DNA from: an uncultured Eubacteriales bacterium
GTDB taxonomy: Bacteria > Acidobacteriota > Aminicenantia > Aminicenantales > UBA8522
Length of the DNA stretch: 42,496 bases
Direction of reading: 5' to 3'
Assembly (NCBI GenBank): GCA_964576265.1
Contig: CAZNVB010000202.1
Coordinates: 1-42,496 of the forward strand
The notes beneath the pieces are model-generated. The model worked only from the letters and a program-made list of their open reading frames with translations. It did not search any database and was not told the origin of the DNA. This document shows, piece after piece, positions 36,548-42,496 of this stretch. Each line of letters starts with the position of its first letter. Position 1 is the stretch's first letter. Made by a program: the position numbers and the translations under genes.

Positions 36548-38116
36548 TCAATGCCGATGCAAATCTTTGTGCATGATCTTGCGCGTTGCGTGGAGACGAT
36601 CCTCCGCCGGCAGGTCTGCCAGGATCTGGTTCATCGTTTCATCGTTTTCCGCTTGGAGAAGCCGGGCGACATAGTCGATGATGCTCGGAGGAAAGACGCC
36701 GTCCCTTTCGTAGAGGTCGCGCTTTTCCAGGAGAATCCGGCTCGACTCGACGCAGGAACGGGGAAGCGCCGGAAGCTTTTGAAGAAGAGCTCGGTCGGTA
36801 AAAATGTTTCCCTGGACATAAAGCCGATTCGCCAGTTCAAGAGCAAGGTCTTTCTGGAAGAGCGAGCTGTCGTCGCGAAAGGCCCAGTCGGCCGCCATGA
36901 CGATTCCGGCCAGGAGAAGATGGATAATCGCACTCCCATCCGGAGTCCTGAGCTCGACGGTCTGACGGCTTTCGAGGCCGGAGAGTTCCATTTTCTCTTG
37001 TGGGTTCAGCCGCTTGGCCAAGTGACGCAGGTTCGACCAGCCCAGAGGAACGCGGATCATCGAGCTCCGGTTGAGATCGCTCCAACAGATGCGCGTCGGC
37101 GCCTCAAAGTTCGGCACGAGCCTGAGATAGGCGGAAGACACGGTGTTGCCGAATGCGGTCAGGGAATCCGCATAATGGCACAAACCGCCGATCAAGCGGC
37201 GGGCCGGCAGGGAAAGTTTTCCCTCCGCGTCGACCATGATATTCTTTCCGTCTCGGAGAAGCTCGAGGTGAAAATGAAGGCCGTTTCCCGCCACCCCTTC
37301 CTCGATTTTAGGCGTGAACGTCGCCACGCAGCCGTATTTATAGGCGACATTGCGGATGAGCCAGCGACCGAGAACCAGGGCATCGGCCATCTCCTCGACC
37401 GGGCGGGGCAAATACTCCACTTCGAGCTGCTCGGCCTGTCTGCCCCGGATTTCTTCCAGGTCGCTGCGGACGCTCTCCACAAACCCGACCTCGCTGTGGG
37501 CATATTTGACCGCCCCTGTAATTTGGGTGATGTGACGGACCATTTCGTTGAGAATGGGGCCGCTCTTGACGTAGGGCGCAGCCGCGTGATAGCCGTGCTG
37601 TTTTTGGGCGGGAAAGAGGCCGGGGTTCTGGCCGCTGAGCAGGAAAAACTCGATCTCGCCGAGAACCTGAAGATCAAGCCGGGAGCGGCGGCGGAAGGTC
37701 TCGACGGCACGGGACAAGATGCTGTCCAGGGCGAAAGGAGCGAGCTCGCCGTCCTTGGTCAGATAGCGACAGATGAAATCGAGGCTCCCTTCATCAAAGG
37801 GATTGAGGAAAGCCGTCTTGTAAACGGGGACGACATAGAGGTCGGAGAGAGAGGTGTCGACCATGCCCTTAAAAAGCTGCGAGCCGTCCACCCGCTCCCC
37901 CTCCGCTAAAACGGATTCCGCTTGGAATGGGCTGGCGATCGGGAGTTTCAGCTCCTTCAGCTTGCCGTCGAGAGCCGTATAATGAAAAGTGATCCTTTCA
38001 AGCTGTTTTTGCTCGATCACTTTGAGGAAGTCCTCCCGTGTAAAATCCTGGGGCGGTTTGTCCAGGAGGACGGAAAGGGGGTTGGCCAGAGCATAAGCAA
38101 AGTCTTTTTTCGCCAC
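36548..38116 (-). CDS. glnA: Glutamine synthetase (type I family, resembling the ~500 aa Bacteroidota-like form)
   Basis: ERVDGS, GEIEF, HSEVG, Q.EVE, TFTPK, GNGLHFH, AYLRLVPNFEAP, NRS..IRVP, VELRTPDG. GTG 38116 has RBS AAGGAG. Confidence 0.88.
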   Translation of the reverse strand: MAKKDFAYALANPLSVLLDKPPQDFTREDFLKVIEQKQLERITFHYTALDGKLKELKLPIASPFQAESVLAEGERVDGSQLFKGMVDTSLSDLYVVPVYKTAFLNPFDEGSLDFICRYLTKDGELAPFALDSILSRAVETFRRRSRLDLQVLGEIEFFLLSGQNPGLFPAQKQHGYHAAAPYVKSGPILNEMVRHITQITGAVKYAHSEVGFVESVRSDLEEIRGRQAEQLEVEYLPRPVEEMADALVLGRWLIRNVAYKYGCVATFTPKIEEGVAGNGLHFHLELLRDGKNIMVDAEGKLSLPARRLIGGLCHYADSLTAFGNTVSSAYLRLVPNFEAPTRICWSDLNRSSMIRVPLGWSNLRHLAKRLNPQEKMELSGLESRQTVELRTPDGSAIIHLLLAGIVMAADWAFRDDSSLFQKDLALELANRLYVQGNIFTDRALLQKLPALPRSCVESSRILLEKRDLYERDGVFPPSIIDYVARLLQAENDETMNQILADLPAEDRLHATRKIMHKDLHRH

Positions 38117-38188
38117 CGGTTTTGCTCCTTCCTTCAAAGAAGGCGATCCCTCGGCCGCTCCAGTTGAGATGGGCCTCTTTGAGCTCCT

Positions 38189-38217
38189 ATTCTACGGAAT
38201 CCCTTATGAGATTGCAA
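38189..38217 (-). promoter_or_regulatory. Candidate sigma70 promoter for glnA
   Basis: Minus strand reads TTGCAA-N17-TAGAAT. Confidence 0.55.
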
Positions 38218-38328
38218 TGAAGACAACCTCCGCCGTCCTGAACGGCTTATATGTCCTTTGGATTTCTGAGCCCTGGGTCGAAATCCGCGGCATCAGGAGC
38301 GTGAAGACGACGGAGGAAATTTCATATT

Positions 38329-39672
38329 TCAATAGAGAAGAAAAGGCCTCCTTTCGTAGTCAAAAGCTCTGAGCCCGGCCTCATATGTCCGGACGATTTC
38401 CTCCACCTTGGCCCCGCTTTCCATCGCCCGCCTGATCTTCGATGTGCCGGCGATTTTATCGAAATAGTCCGCATGAAACTCGAAGTTCCGGGGATACATC
38501 TCTTTGATCGTCTTCAGAACATGGAGAGCGGCTTCAAAAGGTCGATAGAGATTTCTGTCCAGCACATGGATTTGCGCCCCGCCGCAGAGCTGGCCGCCGA
38601 ACTTAGAGAACGTGGGAGTGAACCAGGCCTCCCGGAAAACGACGCCCGCAAGGCCTAAAGCGTTCAGCTTCCTGGCAAGCGCGAAGCCGTCGATCCAGGC
38701 CGCGCCGAAAAGCTCAAACGGTCTGGTCGTTCCGCGGCCTTCCGAGATGTTCGTCCCTTCAATCAAAACCTGGCCGGGATAGACCGTGGCCGTGTCGAGG
38801 GTCGGCATGTTGGGCGAGGGCATGACCCAGGGCAATCCCGTCTCATCAAACCACATCTCGCGCCGCCAGCCTTCCATCGGGATGACCGTCAGCCGGACTT
38901 TTTTAGACAGGAATTTCTCGTTGAACATTCGGGCGAGCTCTCCGACCGTCATCCCGTGCCTCTCCGGGATCGGATAAAGACCGACGAACGAGCTGAACTC
39001 CGGGTATTCGAGCACCGGTCCTGCCAAATCTCTCCCGTTGATCGGGTTCGGGCGATCGAGGACGATAAAATCCACCCCGGCCTCGGCTGCGGCCTGCATG
39101 GCATAGGCCATCGTGGCGATATAGGTATAAACTCGCGTCCCGATATCCTGCAGATCGAAAATTAAGGCATCCACCTCCTTGATCATCGCCTTCTCAGGGA
39201 TCTTGCCGGCGCCGGTCGTGTCAAAAGAGCGCATGAAATCGTCGATATTCCTCAGCATGCCGGGCGAGGCCTGAAAAGACTGACCGTAAAGGCTGAAGAC
39301 GGGCAGCCTGAATTTATCGTCATAATAAAAAGGCACATATTCCCCGGCTTGGGCGTTTCCGCGGACTCCGTGCTCGGGCCCGTAGAGAGCGACGAGTTCG
39401 ACGCCCTCGGCCGCCTGCAGAAGCTCGATACTGCTCCTCAGGCGGCTGTCCACGCCCGAAGGATTGGTGATCAAACCAACCTTCTTTCCTCTGACCAGGT
39501 CGAGCCCGGAGGCCAGAAAAACCTCCACGCCCGGCTTGACCGGCTGTCCGAGCCGGACCGCCGGGGCCGATTCTTCCGTTGCCTGGCGACAGGCAAAAAA
39601 AGCGCCAGCGATATTCAGAAGACAGGAAAGCCAAAAAACGGAAAGAAGATGGCGAAAGAAAATCTTTTTCAT
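38329..39672 (-). CDS. namZ: Exo-beta-N-acetylmuramidase NamZ (DUF1343, GH171), exported, possibly a lipoprotein
   Basis: VGLITNPSG, GPEHGVRG, FDLQDIGTRVYTY, LDRPNP, HGMTVGELA, PSPNMPT, SEGRGTTRPFE. N-terminus ends AFFAC. Confidence 0.92.
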   Translation of the reverse strand: MKKIFFRHLLSVFWLSCLLNIAGAFFACRQATEESAPAVRLGQPVKPGVEVFLASGLDLVRGKKVGLITNPSGVDSRLRSSIELLQAAEGVELVALYGPEHGVRGNAQAGEYVPFYYDDKFRLPVFSLYGQSFQASPGMLRNIDDFMRSFDTTGAGKIPEKAMIKEVDALIFDLQDIGTRVYTYIATMAYAMQAAAEAGVDFIVLDRPNPINGRDLAGPVLEYPEFSSFVGLYPIPERHGMTVGELARMFNEKFLSKKVRLTVIPMEGWRREMWFDETGLPWVMPSPNMPTLDTATVYPGQVLIEGTNISEGRGTTRPFELFGAAWIDGFALARKLNALGLAGVVFREAWFTPTFSKFGGQLCGGAQIHVLDRNLYRPFEAALHVLKTIKEMYPRNFEFHADYFDKIAGTSKIRRAMESGAKVEEIVRTYEAGLRAFDYERRPFLLY

Positions 39673-39753
39673 AGGGTTCCTTTCAAGTCGATTCTGGTTC
39701 GGCCGCTTCGCTTCCGGAACTTCCAGGAGTCTCGGACTGAAGGGACCATCGGC

Positions 39754-40857
39754 TCAGATTTTAATGAATATTTTTTTCTTATAAAGGATGGAGACCAAAG
39801 CGAGCCAGATCAGGACGTAGGTGACGGCATAAGCGAGGGATCCGTTCATTTCACCGGCCCAGGGAACGAAAAATCGCTGATAAGCAAAAGCGAGAATCCC
39901 CACCGTTGATCCTCCGGATGAAACTTTGACCCGGAGGAGCAGTTTGACGACGAGGGAAGAGCCGACATAGGCGGCGATGGCATTCGTTCCGAAGGCAAAA
40001 AACGGCCAGGCCCAAGCCCTCCATCCGAGCTCATCGACCAGCAGAGAACAGGCAGCGAGAAGCAGGAGAGCTGCGCCCGCGGAAAAGAGGACAAATGTGC
40101 TCGTCCAGAGCTGTTTGTTGATCGGGAAATAAGGGTGGAGAGCAAGGCCGAGAGCCGTCAGCCCAAATCCTCCAGCCGCCAGCCCGAGGTAAGTCCGGCC
40201 AGGCTTTCTGGGTTTCCTGATCCAATCTCCGGCCAGAGTCCCGAGAAGACAGGTGGCCACCGCCGGAAACGTGCTCAGTATTCCCTCGGGATCAAATCCC
40301 GGCTCGTAGAGATGCCCGGCCAAAAGGCGGCTGTCGACATAAGCGCAAAGATTTCCTTTCTTCTCCAGAACGCCGGGGCCGTAGCCCGGGACCGGAACGA
40401 GCATCATGACCAGCCAATAGCCCCAAAGGACAGCAAGGCAGACAGCCATCCGTCCTCCGGGCCGCAAATGAAGATAGAGCAGGGCTGAGAACAGGTAGCA
40501 AAGGGCAATCCTCTGCAAGACTCCAGGAATGCGCAGGGTGGCAAAATTCAACCGGGGAATCAAGTGAAGAAGAATTCCCAGGCCGAAAAGGACCAAGCTC
40601 CGGCGGAAGATCTTGCCGTAAATCTTCCCCCTGCCCGCCCCCTCTTCCAGCCGCCGCGCGATCGCCAGCGAGATGGAAGCACCGACGATAAAAACAAAAA
40701 ACGGAAAAACCAAATCGGTCGGGGTCCAGCCGTGCCATTCCGCGTGCTTCAGAGGGGGATAGACGAATGCCCAGCTTCCGGGATTGTTGACCAGGATCAT
40801 CCCCGCGATCGTCAGGCCGCGCAACGCATCTAAAGAGGCAACGCGCCGACCGGTCAA
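39754..40857 (-). CDS. Heparan-alpha-glucosaminide N-acetyltransferase-like (HGSNAT/NagX) membrane protein
   Basis: SLDALRG, MILVNNPG, H.EWHG.TPTDLVFPFF, PGVLQRI, DPEGILST, PINKQLWTSTF, GTNAI. TTG start overlaps the upstream stop (TTGA). Confidence 0.92.
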   Translation of the reverse strand: MTGRRVASLDALRGLTIAGMILVNNPGSWAFVYPPLKHAEWHGWTPTDLVFPFFVFIVGASISLAIARRLEEGAGRGKIYGKIFRRSLVLFGLGILLHLIPRLNFATLRIPGVLQRIALCYLFSALLYLHLRPGGRMAVCLAVLWGYWLVMMLVPVPGYGPGVLEKKGNLCAYVDSRLLAGHLYEPGFDPEGILSTFPAVATCLLGTLAGDWIRKPRKPGRTYLGLAAGGFGLTALGLALHPYFPINKQLWTSTFVLFSAGAALLLLAACSLLVDELGWRAWAWPFFAFGTNAIAAYVGSSLVVKLLLRVKVSSGGSTVGILAFAYQRFFVPWAGEMNGSLAYAVTYVLIWLALVSILYKKKIFIKI

Positions 40858-42494
40858 GCCGTCCTCTTGATGACGACAAGGGTCATGTCGTCCAGCGGCG
40901 CGGCACCGCCGCAGAAGTGCCTCAATTCGTCCAGGACTTGTTCGACGATCTCGGCCGCCGACTGCTTGGAGTTCTTTTGCAACACGGCCGCCAGGTTCTC
41001 CTCGCCGAATTCTTGTTTTTGCGGATCCAGAGTTTCCGTGATCCCGTCCGTGAAAAGAACGACGATCTCGCCGGGTGAAAGATGGATTTTTTTCTCTTCA
41101 TAGCTGACGTCGGGGAACATTCCGAGACAGAAACCGCCGCTTTCGAGGCGGGTGACTTTTCCATCCTTGGCGATATGCAAAGGCGGGTTATGGCCGGCGT
41201 TGATATAGCGGAGTTCGCCCGTTCTCAAATTCAAGTCGCTGAAAAAGAAGGTGATAAACCGGTTTGCAGCCGAGCTGCGGTGGACGAAATCGTTGAGCTT
41301 GGCGATCATCTCGACAAGGTTGATCTGGGGATTGATTTCGGCATGAAGCGCCGCTCGCAAAGACGCCATCAACAGCGCGGCGCTGATCCCTTTGCCGGAA
41401 ACGTCCGCGACCAGGATCGCCATCCGGCAGGGGTCGATGCGGATGAAGTCATAGTAATCGCCCCCGATATGGAGACAGGGGATGTTCGTCCCGGCGATGT
41501 CAAAATTCTCACAGACGGGATTCTCCTTAGGTTGAAAATCCTTCTGGATCTGAGAGGCCAGCGCCAATTCCTTTTGAAATTTTTCCATTTCGATCGCTCT
41601 CTCGACGGCCAGCGCCTGCTCATACTTCACGGCCGCCAAGTTGGCCAGGAGCGTCAGGAGCCGCAGATCCTCCTCCGAAAATTGATCGAGAAGCATGATC
41701 CGGTCGGCATACAGGACGCCGATGATTTCGCGGTTGTTCCAGAGCGGGACACACATCGCCGAATGGATATTCGAAAGAATGACGCTTTCTTTGTCGCTAA
41801 AACGCTTGTCCTTCTGGGCATCGGTCGTCAGGACGGAAGAATGGTTGTCCAGGACCAGGTTGATGATGCTCTGGCTGACGACGATCTTCTGCCGGGCCAA
41901 ATTGCGGTTGTTGATCCGGGTGACCTTGGGAATCATCTGGGGAGGATTGCCCTCCCTGAGCATCAAGACGCCCCTGTCGATCGGAAGATATTCGGAGATC
42001 AAGTCCATCACCCGGTTCAAGAGCTCACCCAGAGGCTGGTGGAGGATGAGGGCCTGGCTGACCTCGTTGAGCACGGCCATGGATTTGACGTCCGAACGGA
42101 TTCTCAGGAAATCGGCCGGCGTGGCCAGATTCTGCATGGTCGTCTCAATGTCGGTCTTCTTCAGAATATCGTTAAGGTGGATGATCGTGTTGATACTCCG
42201 CGCCGGCGAGGGCATTTCGGAGACCTCGACGGGAGCGTGGGAGAGGGCCCGATCGAAAATCAGACGAGTCGAGCCGATGAGAATTTCATCGCCCTTCTTG
42301 AGAACGGCCTCGCCAGCCAGCTTTTTGCCGTTGAGAAATGTCCCGTTTTTACTGCCGCTGTCGCGAAGAATGAACCGACCTTCGGACAAATAGATGACCG
42401 CATGATGGCCGGAAGAGAAGGGGTCGGGAAGCATGATTTCATTATCAGCGGAGCGGCCGATGGACAGCTTCTCCTTATCGAGATCGTATTCAAA
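40854..42494 (-). CDS. FHA-GAF-PP2C (SpoIIE/RsbU-like) phosphatase, 5'-truncated by the window end
   Basis: The frame stays open upstream of 42434 (FEYDLDKEKLSIGRSADNEI), giving the FHA motifs GR, SGHHA, SKNGTFLNG. GAF: SAMCVPL..IIGVLYAD. PP2C: GGDYYD, ADVSGKG, NAGHNPP, FTDGITE, DDMT. Confidence 0.92.
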   Translation of the reverse strand, partial: FEYDLDKEKLSIGRSADNEIMLPDPFSSGHHAVIYLSEGRFILRDSGSKNGTFLNGKKLAGEAVLKKGDEILIGSTRLIFDRALSHAPVEVSEMPSPARSINTIIHLNDILKKTDIETTMQNLATPADFLRIRSDVKSMAVLNEVSQALILHQPLGELLNRVMDLISEYLPIDRGVLMLREGNPPQMIPKVTRINNRNLARQKIVVSQSIINLVLDNHSSVLTTDAQKDKRFSDKESVILSNIHSAMCVPLWNNREIIGVLYADRIMLLDQFSEEDLRLLTLLANLAAVKYEQALAVERAIEMEKFQKELALASQIQKDFQPKENPVCENFDIAGTNIPCLHIGGDYYDFIRIDPCRMAILVADVSGKGISAALLMASLRAALHAEINPQINLVEMIAKLNDFVHRSSAANRFITFFFSDLNLRTGELRYINAGHNPPLHIAKDGKVTRLESGGFCLGMFPDVSYEEKKIHLSPGEIVVLFTDGITETLDPQKQEFGEENLAAVLQKNSKQSAAEIVEQVLDELRHFCGGAAPLDDMTLVVIKRTA

Positions 42495-42496
42495 AC

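Noticed and set aside
36359-37909. 516 aa + strand ORF
   Set aside because: Antisense shadow of glnA with no recognisable motifs; expected in GC-rich, codon-biased genes.
1-42496. CRISPR arrays, tRNA/rRNA, IS elements, integrases, defence systems
   Set aside because: No repeat-spacer periodicity, RNA-gene signatures or transposase/integrase/nuclease motifs seen. Intergenic gaps are short (about 340 nt or less).

Overview
A gene-dense, GC-rich window from a diderm bacterium. Gene content and style suggest Ca. Aminicenantes/Acidobacteriota (inference only). I see no rRNA, tRNA, CRISPR array or mobile element. The dominant feature is a ~21 kb + strand run (4599-25500). It holds four paralogous ~1040-1070 aa exported heparinase II/III-type (DUF4962 + Hepar_II_III) lyase-fold proteins that share an unfamiliar N-terminal module (W[AS]SYPxxQDTA[YF]DP). 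Interleaved with them are an exported Gfo/Idh/MocA oxidoreductase, a prolyl oligopeptidase lipoprotein and a membrane-anchored transglutaminase-like protein. The run ends with a Tat-lipoprotein AGE-family epimerase and a degenerate/intact amidohydrolase pair. No SusC/D, GH88/GH105 or Kdu genes lie in the window. Upstream are a truncated SSS transporter, a Tat DUF362 protein, an SH3-Pro linker-OM barrel protein and a methyltransferase with a signal-like N-terminus. Downstream are an OCD/GntR/D-2-hydroxyacid dehydrogenase/SSS module with a candidate operator, a tandem pair of uncharacterised exported paralogues before xylulokinase, and a - strand run of FHA-GAF-PP2C, NagX/HGSNAT-like, NamZ, glutamine synthetase and URO-D-family genes. 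All calls come from motif recognition by eye; no searches were run.
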